From assembly GCA_037379345.1 (NCBI GenBank), contig CM074521.1:30900704-30964703 (forward strand): a stretch of DNA of 64,000 nucleotides. The letters are read 5' to 3'. The notes under the pieces were generated by a model. The model was not told the DNA's origin. It worked only from the letters and a program-made list of their open reading frames with translations, and did no database searches. Each line of letters starts with the position of its first letter. Positions within the stretch are counted from its first letter, which is position 1. The DNA comes from Perna viridis (lineage: Eukaryota). The position numbers and the translations under genes were made by a program. This document shows positions 1 through 15,000 of the stretch, piece after piece.

Positions 1-1570
1 CAGTCATATAATGGTATCCCCCTGTCACCATGATCATAGAAGTCGTCAGTGGATGTTTCAGTCATATAATGGTATCCCCCTGTCGCCATGATCGTAGAAG
101 TCGTCAGTGGATGTTTCAGTCATATAATGGTAACCCCTGTCATCACGATCATAGAAGTCATCAGTGGATGTTTCAGTCATGTAATGGTATCCCCCTGTGG
201 TCAATATGTAGAAGTTGTCAGTGGATGTTTCAGTCATATAATGGTATCCCCCTGTGGTCAATATTGTAGAAGTCATCAGTGGATGTTTCAGTCATATAAT
301 GGTATCCCCCTGTCGCTATGATCGTAGAAGTCATCAGTGGATGTTTCAGTCATATAATGGTATCCCCCTGTGGTCAATATGTAGAAGTTGTCAGTGGATG
401 TTTCAGTCATATAATGGTATCCCCCTGTCACCATGATCATAGAAGTCGTCAGTGGATGTTTCAGTCATATAATGGTATCCCCCTGTCGCCATGATCGTAG
501 AAGTCGTCAGTGGATGTTTCAGTCATATAATGGTAACCCCTGTCATCACGATCGTAGAAGTCATCAGTGAAGGTTTCAATCATATAATCGTATCCCCCTG
601 TCGCCATGATTGTAGAAGTCGTCAGTGGATGTTTGGTAACCCCTGTCATCACGATCGTAGAAGTCATCAGTGAATGTTTCAGTCATTTAATGGTATCCCC
701 CTGTCGCCATGATCATAGAAGTTGTCAGTGGATGTTTCAGTCATATAATGGTAACCCCTGTCATAACGATCATAGAAGTCGTCAGTGGATGTTTCAGTCA
801 TATAATGGTAACCCCTGTCATCACGATCATAGAAGTCATCAGTGAATGTTTCAGTCATATAATGGTATCCCCCTGTCACCATGATCATAGAAGTCGTCAG
901 TGGATGTTTCAGTCATATAATGGTATCCCCCTGTCGCCATGATCGTAGAAGTCGTCAGTGGATGTTTCAGTCATATAATGGTAACCCCTGTCATCACGAT
1001 CATAGAAGTCATCAGTGGATGTTTCAGTCATGTAATGGTATCCCCCTGTGGTCAATATGTAGAAGTTGTCAGTGGATGTTTCAGTCATATAATGGTATCC
1101 CCCTGTGGTCAATATTGTAGAAGTCATCAGTGGATGTTTCAGTCATATAATGGTATCCCCCTGTCGCTATGATCGTAGAAGTCATCAGTGGATGTTTCAG
1201 TCATATAATGGTATCCCCCTGTGGTCAATATGTAGAAGTTGTCAGTGGATGTTTCAGTCATATAATGGTATCCCCCTGTCACCATGATCATAGAAGTCGT
1301 CAGTGGATGTTTCAGTCATATAATGGTATCCCCCTGTCGCCATGATCGTAGAAGTCGTCAGTGGATGTTTCAGTCATATAATGGTAACCCCTGTCATCAC
1401 GATCATAGAAGTCATCAGTGGATGTTTCAGTCATGTAATGGTATCCCCCTGTGGTCAATATGTAGAAGTTGTCAGTGGATGTTTCAGTCATATAATGGTA
1501 TCCCCCTGTGGTCAATATTGTAGAAGTCATCAGTGGATGTTTCAGTCATATAATGGTATCTCCCTGTCGT
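1..1570. repeat. 57-58 bp tandem repeat (about 27 units visible) with a 403-bp higher-order period, upstream of the first visible exon (probably intronic)
   Basis: Unit cagtcatataatggtatccccctgtcgccatgatcgtagaagtcgtcagtggatgttt; identical 7-monomer blocks start at 1, 852 and 1255. Confidence 0.97.
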
Positions 1571-2856
1571 TGTGGTCATAAATGTGGTCAGTAGGGTCAT
1601 TGTTTGCATCCATTAACTCTGGATTATTTACAATAACTTGAATAAAATTGATCAGATCTTTTTTTTTAATTATAGCACATCCTTCCTAGATACATGGCAG
1701 ATGGCCCTTTAGCTGCTAGTATGTTTAAATTTCAAGGTTGTCTTGTAAGCTTAAAACTTTTATGTCCGATTTCTTCACGCATTACATGTTTCAAACTTTT
1801 CACAATCTTTGCTGTAAATAAATTAGAGATATTTTCAAACTCAGATTTCTTGTAATAATCAAAATAGGAGTATTTCCTGGACTTAACCAAAGCTCATATG
1901 TCAGGAGCAGAAGCACTGTTTTACCAAAATTGAACACTTGGCGATGACTTTGATATGTAAACAAATGCAACAGGCTTATAGTCTATGAGTTTACAGACTC
2001 TTTCATGCTAATTTACTGAGCAGGCTCAGTTAGTACATGTACTTCAGCCAGGTAACTGCTGCACATTTCAGTCTGAACAATTTTCATCCAAGTTGCTTGT
2101 ACTTTGCAGAGATATCCACAAATATTGCTTAGAAGGTTCTTTTTCAAAACTCCAACTGTTGTCATTTTTGTGATCCATACACAACTTCTTCAAAAAAATG
2201 GCTTAGGACATTGAAGAGCTGTAATATTTTTGTACACCCACTTACTATGTGATGCAGCAGATTTCATTGTATTTTCTCTGTAACATGAAACTGATGACCT
2301 GTGCTATCCTTGTCTGTAGTACTATAGACAGTACACAATGGAGTCACTGTAGGTTTAGAAAGACTTTATGTGGTTAAGTCAACTATATCCACTTTCATTT
2401 TGTAGTTTTTATATGACAATGTCATGCAATATTAATGTATATATATGCCTAATTAGCATGTAATATTCTGTCATTCTGTCTACTGGTTCTGATAGCTTAT
2501 GTGTTAGACCTCATTAGGAAAAATAATCTGTGGATATTCAACTAAAGAAATCATAATTTCATTTTTTACAGTTTTCAAGGTAGTAATTTTAGTAGCAAAT
2601 CAGAATACTTTCAAGTCAATTCCAGATATTATCTATAGAGATGATCTGTTAAGTGTTTTTTTTCCACTGTGCTTTAAGATAGCAAATTATAATGATGTAT
2701 GATATTCATTGTTTCACAGTCACTTATGGAGCTATTCAATCAGCAAATCAACTGTAGAAGCTTCTCTCCATTTTTCTGAAGTGTTTTATTTTTTTTTTTC
2801 ATATTTGTTATTATAAGTTTTGCTGGTTTAACGCGATGATGAAATTTTTATTGCAG

Positions 2857-3095
2857 GAAATCACAGAAAAACCAAGCATGCTGTCTCTGAGCCTATGGAC
2901 ACTATCTTTGTCAAGCATGTAAAAGATGGAAGCCCTGCTCACATTTCTGGATTGTGTAATGGAGATAGAATTCTGTCAGTCAATGATTTTCCTGTAACTG
3001 GGAGAACATATCAACAAGTTATATCACTTATACAGACTGGAGATTCACGATTAAAGTTGGAAGTTCTACCTAAAGACCAAGATATTCTTCAAATG
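2857..3095 (+). CDS. ARHGAP21: ARHGAP21/23 exon, C-terminal half of PDZ domain
   Basis: ttgcag acceptor, ATG|gtaag donor; [12 protein letters not shown]...KDQDILQM. Confidence 0.93.
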
Positions 3096-6000
3096 GTAAG
3101 AAATTCATATACTATAGATAACAATCAGAATGTGTAATGTAGTTTTATTTAATTGATCAGACATGGAAAGGTGTTAGATACCAAAGATTTCAATGTGTGA
3201 AATGTAATGGCTGATTCTTCAGTCCATTTTGAAGAAATCTTAATTTAAATCTAAAGTTTTTTAATACAGCATGTGTTGAAATTTTAAAAGTGTGCTTGGC
3301 TACGATGGATTTTTTGTATCAGATTCTTTGTATATGTATGATCTTGGAGGTTAAATATGGAAAGATTCCGGATTTGTTGAAACATTTTTGACATTAATTT
3401 TAGGAAGTACAATAGATGTGTGACCAGATAACTTCTATAAAGGGACTGTAAAAAAATTAGTTCTTTGTTATTATCATTTTGCATAATTGACATTGGTTCT
3501 AGAATGTCAAGCACCTGTATGTAGAATTGTGCATAATGAAATGCTAAATTACCATCTCTGCAACTTAATTTCAGCTGTTAGTTTTATTATCATAATAAAA
3601 GACATAAACTCTCCAATAGCCAAAATCTTGAAAATTTAAAAAGATCCTAAAGTCATTTATCCTTGACACTGTCACTAAAGAGTTCATCAACACAATTGGT
3701 AAATTTAGTTGACCATAAATTAAGTTGAGAACAATATGGCTTTTTTTTTTTTTCACTTGGTCTACTTATAACACATTATAACTTTGATGCAAGGTATATC
3801 TTGTCATTGACAAAAGAAATTACATTCACAACAAATTGGGAAGATTTTAAAGTTAAAAGAACATGATACTTGTACAGTGGTTTTCAGGTAATACAATAAC
3901 TCAATACTGGATTTATTGGTTACATGATGTTATCCACATAAAAATGTATGGGAGACTGTGATCTCCTGTATTAGCTGGTACATGTAACAAAATGTTGCCC
4001 AGATAAAAAAGAATTTTGTCTCCTCCTTTCTACTAGATAGATGATGTTCTCCATCCTAACTCAGGAGAAATTGGTCTCCTTCATGGATCTATTTGTTAGA
4101 TTATAAGGAAATTTGTCTCTAATTATTTTTATAATTTCTCTGTGCTGCTGTTCAATAATGTTGAAACAATTTTGCAGTGGTTTAAACTGATCTTTGTTTA
4201 AATTTACGGTTTTTGCTCTTCTCTGGTTTAACTTGACTTGAAGCCTTTATTCTATTTTTCTATGAAGATATTGCAACATATGGACCTTGGTATGATTTTT
4301 TTCTAAATATTTGCCATGCTATGGCTACTTGATCATATTTGTATTGAACACATTTTCGTTTTCATTTGCTCCTAGCATCATATCTTTCATATTATGATCA
4401 GCTTTACCTTGGGAAAATGTCAAAATACCTGTGTCCATCTGACCTATGTGAACTTAGATAACTTTTTGACCTTGGGCATTTTTTAAACTGATAATTTATC
4501 TGCAAGTTTGGCCTTGTTGACCTATGATTATCCATCCTTAGATGAGTAATTGTATAGTTTAGTTAACATTATTGTAAAATTGAAACATTAGAGTATCATG
4601 GTTAGGGTTCATTGAACTTGTAGTGGGTGTGAGTGGGATTTATATAAAAATATCTATATCTACCATCAATATGGGGAACAAAATCACTAAAACACCAAGT
4701 GTTAAGGTTTTCTCACCTATGTCATCTAGGGACCAGTGGATTCCTATGACAACAGGTTTAGTTTTTAGTCTTCTTACATCATTTCTTACTTAAGGTCTTT
4801 TGCTAGATAGTTGAATTTTCTTACAACTGCAAATAGAGCATTCAGATAGTCAGTCAGTGAGACTGAGAATGTGATTGCCTGATCAGCTGTTTGTTTATTC
4901 TGTGTGTTTTCATCATATTTATTTAATTTGTACCCAGTATACTATGTCAGGGTGCAGTTCATGTGAGAGCAGTTTCCTTTCTTCTGATTCTAAACACATG
5001 TATCTCAATTATACCATCACATTAAAAAAAAGGGGAGACATTAATGGTCTGCTTATGTTGAAATGTTATATAATGACATAAGATGTCAATTCATATTTCC
5101 ACTGCACTAGATAACCATGAGGGATGAAATCCTAACTTATTATGATTTATGTTAATATTGCTTCTTTTGGTATAAAATATGATTGTAAGGTTACGTAATT
5201 GTTAGGGTTTATAAGATGGAATTAATGGTCATGACAAGTAAATCCATGAGGTTTTCAATTCTTATTGTTCGGTGTGACATGTTTATATTTCAAAATTTCA
5301 TTAAATCAAATTTCAAGGTCATTTTATCTTACATGTGCAGTAGATATCTTGTTTTTCATTGGGAATTTAATGTCTTTCTTTAGGCCGCAAAAATAATTGT
5401 GTGTTTTATTAATCTGCTCATGCTGACTTTTCATTATGGAATATTTAGTAATCTTTCAGATTTTTTAAATACATGTTTTAAATACTGATAACAATATGTG
5501 TATGGGAAAGACTTCTGATAAATGTTATTGTTAATTATTTAATGGTATCTTTTTTAAGTGTGAAGTTTGAAAATGTCCTGGAAGCCATTATTGAAGGTGT
5601 ACTTTCTTCAAGTTAAAATATAATTGTGTTCATTAAAGACAAAATCATTCATATGCCATTATACATGAATAAATTATACCTTAAATCATCTTGTAGTGCA
5701 TGGTACAGTGACTAATATTGAATTAAATCTCAAACTGTTGAAAAATAACCTGATCTGCAGTATTTGGTTCTTTCAACATCATTAACAGTAATAAAGTGTT
5801 TTAGTTATTGTAAAAGTACATCTTTAATTCTGCACATGTTGGGTCACTGTGTACAAATCGTGCACATGAATATCTGTTCATGATATTTGGTCATAAAACT
5901 GTTCTTTATCATAGTCTCAGCATCCTATTTCAGAGAGATTGTTCTAAATAACCATTGTTTTGGCTTCATACACCTCACATATAAATAAAACAATGTCATA

Positions 6001-9000
6001 GTTCCCAGTGAAAACTTGGAAGATAATAGCTCTCTGCACTAACTAACATGCAATGTTATTGGCATTTTATTGCAGATATAAAAATAAAACATTGTTATCA
6101 GGAGTACCCTATAAGTGCAATACTGCAAGGATTGTGAGTGTCATGGAGGCTTTTAGCAGACTTGAAAAATTATCATTGCATCAGATTATGTAATAACAGA
6201 AATTGAACAATCCAGTCATTAAATATCTGCATGTTATAATCTTCCAAGGTCAAGTCATTAAATCCCTGCCATGTGATATTCTCCCAACTTTGTAATGAGG
6301 TGAAATAACACCCCTCAATGATGGATTGTACTGCCAGTTAAAATACTGAAGTGGGGGCATTAGGTAAAAGATTAATTGCATATTTTCAAGAGAACTCTGA
6401 TTAAAATTCAAGCTTTTCAGTAGTTTTTTGCAGTATAAATTAAAGAATTAAATCCATTCTGTAAATGTTTGACACTTACAATAAGATGATTTTTATTGTC
6501 TAAATAAGACCCTCTGGTTTGTTTGTTTATAGTGTACTGTCTAGACACCTAATCTCCAAAGTTGTGTGATTATATGTCCTTTTTTTATATAAAAACATAC
6601 AGATAAATTTCCTTAAAGTCTTGTAAGTACATGTTCAAGATTTGTTAGATTTTAAACATGCCATTTATACATGAAATGGGTATCCTTCACCTAATATGGT
6701 AAATGTACAAGTATGGTAGATCTGGCAAGTATCCTTCACCTAATATGGTAAACTGTACAAGTATGGTAGATCTGGCAAGTATCATTCACCTAATATGGTA
6801 AACGGTACAAGTATGGTAGATCTGGCAAGTATCCTTCACCTAATATGGTAAACTGTACAAATGTGGTAGATCTGGCAAGTATCCTTCTCCTAATATGATA
6901 AACTGTACAAGTATGGTAGATCTGGCAAGTATTCTTCACCTAATATGGTAAAACTGCACAAGTATGGTAGATCACGCAAGTATCCTTCACCTAATATGGT
7001 AAAACTGCACAAGTATGGTAGATCAGGAAAGTATTAGATAGATGTGCTGGACTTTTTTCAATCCCCCATCTTAATAGATAAACTTGTTTGCATGTGATTT
7101 TGCACAAATCCTACCCTAAAAATTTTACTTTAAATTTTTATTTGGCCTTAAGTTCTAAATGGGCTAACCCTAACCTGAAGTCCTTGATCTGCCTATGCAA
7201 ATATTCACAGTTTGATCAAATCTAGAAATTTGTTCTGGACATATTTTAAATTCTGCAATCATGTTGAAGCTACTGTAGGCACTTTAAGCACCTAAACAAT
7301 TTGCTAAATTACAAAAACACACACCTATGTAATTTTAGTTTTCCATTAACACTCATGCATTTTCATATTATTAACTTTTTGCATGCCAGTGATGCTGGAA
7401 ATTATGGTATGGATATCAAACTTAGTATACTTGGTGCTTTTTAAAAAATTATGCATGTAAAGCAACCCAAAATGTGACTAGAATTTTTGGGAATTCTCAT
7501 TGGTCACATGACAAGACAACTTGACACATTTCTATCTGGAAGCAACAACACAGCCTTATTAATACCTAAAAAAACCTTTAAAATCTTTCGTTTACATGTT
7601 AAGAAGTACCTTTTTTCATACTAAGTGTGAGTCTCTGTAAGAATCAGGCAGTGGTTGAAACATGGTATGAAAAAAAGACCACCATTTTGAAAATTTAATT
7701 TGACTATTTGCACCATCAGAATTAAGGTAAAAATATAAGGTTTTCCAAATCATTTTGGTAAATTGAGTGATAATTTCATTGAAATGCACTGAAAATGAAC
7801 ATTTCAAGGGCAGATAACTCCATCAAAAACCTCTTTTTTTCTAACATTCTATTGAAAAATTTCTGAGAAAATAGAGTGATGTATAGATCAAATAATGTTT
7901 TTTTTTTTTTTTTCAAATATACAAAGCATCCTTGAAGGAAATAATATAGTGACATATCTGTTTGGTTTTGAATTGTATGTTTCTGATTTTTATCATTTTG
8001 CCTGATTCTTACAAATACTTCCACTTAATTCTATAGCTGTTAAATGCTGTATCTATACATACCCATTTAAGGTAAAAGATAAAGGTTGTATGGTGTCTCC
8101 TATTGTAATTTTTCCCAGAGTTCACCAATGTGTTGAGCGAGTGTGTAACCAGAGGGGTATCATAATCACAACATTACATACAACATCATATTGTGGGGAA
8201 GTTCATCAATTTCTACAGTAGGCCTCCATCCCCTACAACCTCATACTGTGGGGAAGTTCATCAAATCGTACAGTAGGCCTCTATCCCCTGCAACCTCATA
8301 CTGTGGGGAAGTTGATCAATTCGTACAGTAGGCCTCTATCCCCTACAACCTCATATTATGGTGAAGTTCATCAATTCGTACAATAGGCCTCTTTCCCCTA
8401 CAACCTCATATTATTTTGAAGTTCATCAATTCGTACAATAGGACCCATTCATCCCCTACAACCTCATACTGTGGGGAAGTTGATCAATTCATACAGTAGG
8501 CCTCTATCCCTTACAACGTCATACTGTGGGGAAGTTCATCAATTCGTACAGTAGGCCTCTATCCCCTACAACCTCATATTATGGTGAAGTTCATCAATTT
8601 GTACAATAGGCCTCCATCCATCCCCTACAACCTCATACTGTGGGGAAGTTGATCAATTCGTACAATAGGCCTCTATCCCCTACAACCTCATACTGTGGGG
8701 AAGTTCATTAATTCGTACAGTAGGCCTCTATCCCCTACAACGTCATACTGTGGGGAAGTTCATCAATTCCTACAGTAGGCCTCTATCCCCTCATTATCAA
8801 ATAATAAATGTTCCAACTAGAGCAGTCCATTAGTACTAGGAGGATTGGTGTCGTCATTGGATAAAGGACCTCTGTCAATATTTATTTTTTCATGGTCAGG
8901 ACATTTTTCATACAATGATATCTCAGTGTTTCAATGAAAATTTTTATTTTTCTGATGACTCAAACACACAAGGGGTGAAATATATGTACTGAGTATGTAT

Positions 9001-12000
9001 ATTTTGAAGCATCATTTCCCAGGGTCTGAGGTCATTTTATTGTTCCTGATCAATGATTTCTTCAGTACAGTTTACAGTATTATACAAAATTAATTTACCC
9101 ACTATTTCATATTTTAATTTATGCACATCATGAAAGTGTGATGCAAAGTCTTAAACCACAACATTTTCAATAACTATTCATAACTTTAAAATTCTCACAA
9201 ATCAAATTTTCAGTTTTATCAAAATTTTTAAATTGAATTCATTCAAACTTTGGTTTTAAGTGTAAAGCTTGTCTTGTGGTTTATTGATTCAAGGTGAATT
9301 TACCGAGATTAGACTCGTTCACACGGAATTGTCGTATGTTTGGTGCAGATATTTGTTTCGGTTGACATAGAATACACCATAATTCACTTTTTGTTTGTAA
9401 AGGGACCCAAAGATTCTGTCATTTGTCATCATTTTCACATTGAAAAGTTTTTGGTCTTTTCAGTAATAATGAGAATTCTAGCTTTAATTGATATATGTCC
9501 ATTAATATTACATTATTACAAATATTTTCTATTTGAATTCAAAAACTATATATCTTTTTTTTTGCTGCATTCCAAGAAGATGGGGAATCGCCTGAATATA
9601 GCTGAAATATGGCTGTTCGGGCGTTAAACACCAATAATCAATCAATCAATCAATCATAAAGATGGCTTCATTATACAATATAGGTGGTCAGAATGTTTAA
9701 CATGTAGAGTTTTTCAAAAGATTTTTACCTGAATCATTAATACATGTATCCTTTATGTTGTACATTTAAAACTTGCTGTTTTATGTAGAATTTCAATGAC
9801 GATTGACATAAATAACTAATGACAGTAGTAGACCACTGATTGTATAGAACCAGCTGGTGGAGTGTTGATTTTAAATATTCTATTTTTGGTCTTAAGCTAT
9901 ATCTTGTAACAAAGGGATTATCTGAAGGCTAATTTGACATGATTATAGAGATGTGAACATCATGACTATGTGACTTGTCTTTTAAGGACTTGCTATTCAG
10001 TTCCTGTAAAGATTTTGTTCCTGAACTTGATGCATCACATTTATCTTGTTAGTGATATTTGAACAGTAAAAATATTTTGTTACATTAAGAGACATGTTGT
10101 TCTTGTTTATGTTGATTTTTTAGTTTTTGTTTTGTTTTGGGTTTTTTTCAGAATTTGAGGTATAAAATTTAAGTTATTATTTTTAATGTTTTTCTTGTTT
10201 TTTTTTAAATTCTCTTAAAACTATCAATGAACTGAGCATGCAATGAGTTCATTGAACTTTTGGTAAGAATACATGCTACTTAACACAACAATAATGACTT
10301 TCCTTCTCCTTTTCATATTAAATGTCAATTCATCCTGACATGTGTTGGATAAACTCAGTACATCTCTCATGATTTTATATTGATTGTAAAATGCAATATA
10401 TTGCAGTGTGAAACAGGCAGTTGTGAGATCTTGTGCACCTGTGTAATTTGTCAAAGGTTTTAAATCTGTACCTGCAATGTAAATTCTTTTGTGTCTATGA
10501 ATTCCTATGAATTCTTGTATTGTTTAGTCTACCAATTGACAAAAAATCATTAAACAAATTCATCTATTTAAAGAGTTTCATGATGTTACCTTACAATGTC
10601 TCAGGTAATTTTCTCAGGTGTGTGGACAGGTAGCTGTCACTGATTGACTTAATCAGAACTTGTTAAGGTAGCCGTTTGCTGGTTCACATTCTCTACTTCA
10701 CTCTGTGGGATTACAATGTAATAGGATGTGAACTATGTCAATTTATTATGGGATTACTGAATGGTCTTAATAAATGATAATAGAAGCTTGATTCATGGAT
10801 GCTTCATTTTGTTTTTGGAAATTAATGACATTCTTGTGTGATACATGAATATGATGTCCAACTCCTCTTGAACTTCATGGATAGATCATTTTGTAGAAAA
10901 AGAATGTTATAATTGTTTCATGATCAGATGTAGATTATTATAAGCACAACTTCAGGTATGTGTTGTTTTATGATAGTAATTTTACAATCATCTGAATACA
11001 CCATGTACAACTACACATCTATTTAGTGAATGACATCAAAGTTGTTGTCACTTTTCAGTTCAAATATTTCAGTACAAGCTTGTTTCATTTTCCTGCAACA
11101 AATATGATGATCTACTAACTTTCCCATGAGGACAATTTTTTTGTTTTTTGTTTTTTGTTTTGTTTTTTTTATTTTAAATTTACATTTCTTTCTTTTACAT
11201 CACAATGGTTTTGACTTTTTTTGAATGAAATTGAAATAATGCCTAGTACTTTCGTAGAATGCCATAGTCTTCGCATATACCGGTATTTTCTTTGTTACTG
11301 GTTGTAACCTTTTATATAGATTTATCAAATTGAATCATTTCAGGACAATGAAAATTTTCTTTGCCAATGGCAATAAAAATATTGGAAATACTAACAGTGG
11401 TCATGGTTATGGATAAAAAAAAAAACAAATAAAGTCTAGTTTTGATCAGATTTTTAAAAAATAATTATATGTACATGCAATGTATTAATGTAGTAAATAC
11501 ATGTCATTTTAATGCCCAGGAATAGTAGATTTTAAGGATGTAACTTAAGATGAATATGTTTTGAATGTGGTTAAGTAAAGAATGTAAACACCCCTAAAGT
11601 CATCTTCTACATCCTGAACTGGTGTTTACATTCTTAACCCTAGTAGTGCAACTGTTACTAAATACAGATATAAACATGTTAAAAGTCAACGTTATTAAAA
11701 TAGGGATGAGCTTAATCTCTATTTTTGTTTCATTTTAAGACGTTGTTGGTCATATCAGTTATGTAGTAAGTGTCAGGGAATGTTTTTAAAACTTTTAAAT
11801 CATTTTTTTTTCATAGAATTTCTATAAAGCAGTTATAATTTTTATCAATAAGGAAGGTGATTCTGGTGAAGACAAGTATCTATAGATTATCATAGACACT
11901 ATTTATTGTCATAGATATAATGGATTTTCAATAACCATTGTGCTATCATTTTCCTGATACAATGATATACATGTACCAGGGTAAACATTGAATTGGAAAC

Positions 12001-15000
12001 AAAATCAGCTTGTTCATGTTTATAAGATTAACCTGACCATTACTTGTTGTCAGTTTTAATAATTAACTATTTTTGCATCCAATATTATTTTTCACTTTGT
12101 TTTTAATTGTATTTTCCTTTTAATTTTTCAGGCTTACAAGAACACTCACACTCTTTCTCAAGACTCCTTATATCAAGGAAGAGACAACAATACTGCCAAT
12201 ACACGGTTCCGTAATTCTCATGGTTACTCACTGCCATCTATGGAAAATATAGGGCCCTCTAGTGGCTATCAAGATCGTCAGGGAGATAATAGGCAGGTTG
12301 ACATGGAAGATGTGCAATCATACAGCCAGGATCCTAATCGTAACATTAAATCTTCTGTGTCGTACACAACAGGGTTAAGTGTCTATCGGGATCCCTCAGG
12401 ACTTAACAATAATGGCAGAGAACAAAGAACATTCACTGACAAAAGGAAGGAGTTTGAGACTCGTGTGAAAGACTTTTCAGATCCTCCACCAAATAAAACA
12501 TTCTCCTTTGGGTTATATTACCCTACTCCTAAAAAGGACAGTCACAGTGAAGTGACCTTCAGGAGATCTAGAGATAATGTACTACAGCCAAATGATTCTC
12601 AGGAAAATATAGCTAAATCTGTCAGGACTGCTAGAGTTATTCCCCTTGAGAAAAGACATTCAAAGGAAGACCAATCACAGGAATCTTTAATAAGCATTGG
12701 AAGTTCAGCACCATATGGTCTTTCATCATCCCCTTCACGTCATAGTTACCCAGACTCTATGAGAAATATGAATAACCCACCACTTCCCCCACCAAGATCA
12801 TTTACATCCCAATCCAGTGTCTCCCCTGAGAGACAGAGGAGTGAGATTCATACTACAACACGACACTATGTACCTGTTGTGCCTCAGGTACCAACATCAA
12901 GGTCAACATCAAGGTCAACAAATATGTCATCTAGTGTTGATAACTTAGATTCTAGAACCGAAAATTACCCAGTGGAAAGGAATTTACGGACTAATTATAG
13001 CACAACAAGAATTTACGAACATCCTAGTAAAAATAGCAATACTCGGACATTTATTGTGAAAATAGATAGTAGTGGGAATGAAAGTGAGAATGACGAAAAT
13101 CAAAATCAAACACAGGGGCGAAGTTCATATGGTACAGCATTTGCTTTAACTAGATCACCTCATTCTACCTCCATTGAAATTAAAGCCAAAGAACGCCCTC
13201 GTGTGTCTCAGCGTAAAAAGCAATTTGAATCTGGACAAATTGAAAATACACAACAAAACTCTCCACAAGTGAACAGATATAGGACTGAAATTCAGAAAAT
13301 AACTTCACTTGGGAAATTTAATAGTGTGTCTTCAAGACTACAAACATTTGAAAAGTTAGAAGAGGGTCAGCAAAGTGCACCAAAAGTACGCAGAATGTCT
13401 TCAAGTGAGCGTTTCTCATCACCAGAGGCACCCTCTATCTCACACATTCCAAATCAAAACCAGCAACAGTTTCAAGACCAGGGGGCACCAATAAGAATTT
13501 ATGTTCCACAAAATTCATCAAACAATCAATCATCTCCTTTGGTAGAAATTGTACATATGTCAATGTACCAGGGCAATGATGTGGATAATAACAGGGCTCC
13601 AGTCACTAAGACACCAGTCCATGTCCAGCATGAAGAAGATGATAGTGAACACATGGAAACAGAAGAAGAAAAACATGGACAAAAACCTGTCCGCAAGCCA
13701 TCTTTCTTGGCTGCAGTGACAGCTTCACAAGATCAATGTAAGTAAAGTATATGCATGTTTCAGAAATAGATTTCTATGATAGTGGTAGAGACCATGCCAT
13801 TAAATTATTATACTTTCCCCGTCAATTTCCTGATGGTATGGTAGGAGAGGGAAAGGTACCAGCAATCATTTGTTTTTTTTTTGTTGGTTTTATTACAATG
13901 TTAATTTAGGACCAGAGTCAAAGGACCCCTTGTTTTGATTAATCTCTAATTGGTTTGCTTTGAAATACAGTCATCCAAATAATACATAGTTGGCATTCAT
14001 TATTCATTGTTAGGATTTCTCCCTCTGTTTCCAGTTGAAAAAACTACAGTGTAAGGCATCAGTCAGTATTGTTACAAGTATTCCTGATTATAATATGATA
14101 CAATGAATTCAAATATTGGTTGTTAAGCTGGGACATTTGTTGTACAATCAGAAAAAGACTTTTTTGCCCACTTTCTTATATTTAATGACATACAGGTGTT
14201 TTTTTCAAGTCCATTCATTTAAAACATCCATCAACACTAAAAACAAATGGTTCTTTTTACATTTGTTGTGATTCATCTTAACTACATGATATAATATATA
14301 CATGTATTAAACACAAGGACACAATATAGACCACACAGAGACTTAATTCATAGAAATACATTCACATTCAGTTTTGGTGCAACCTTTAAAGATATCATAC
14401 CTATAATTGGTGTAAAAACATAATCTACACTATATACCTGTTAACTGAGTAACATTATATATCATGTTTTTTATGTTTTGTTCACTGCTTCCTTTATGCC
14501 GCAGCCATTAAGTGTCAGTCATTAAGTTCAACAGTAAGAAAAAGACTCATAAGATGAGGGCACATAGTAAATTTGAAAAAAAAAAAAAAAAAAAAAAAAA
14601 CATTTTGGCTTGAAACCTTGATTTTTCACAAATTATACCTCTAAAATATGTTTTTCCTCGCTTTGCTCAGCTTATAATGCTGTTATTCTTATTTATACAC
14701 CCTTCAAATTAACCTGAAGGATGCACCATCCCTTCAGCACCTGCATATGGAGTGTTCATATCACAACTTATACGTTATGCCAGAGCTTGCCGAAACTACA
14801 CAGACTTTTTGTATCGCGCTAGAACTCTAACAAATAGGCTTCTGGAACAGGGTTATGTAGCTACAAGATTGAAGTCATCACTACAGAAGTTTTATGGTCA
14901 TCATCATGAACTTGTGGATCGTTATGGTGTATCCATTTGCACTATGAAAACTGATTTATTCAACGGGTCATAGTTTTCCTTTCCTCATTTGTCTCCAGAC

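Noticed and set aside
30-1581. Many 60-79 aa ORFs and a superficially CRISPR-like periodicity
   Set aside because: They are translations of a tandem repeat with no unique spacers and no cas genes, in a eukaryotic context.
8121-8156. Possible 36-nt cassette exon ([12 protein letters not shown]) after the PDZ exon
   Set aside because: Needs a GAG acceptor 2 nt after a better CAG (which gives a stop) and a weak gtatca donor; unsupported.
10860-10955. Possible alternative exon ending at CAG|gtatgt
   Set aside because: In-frame TAA just upstream in the required phase; could only be non-coding and nothing else supports it.
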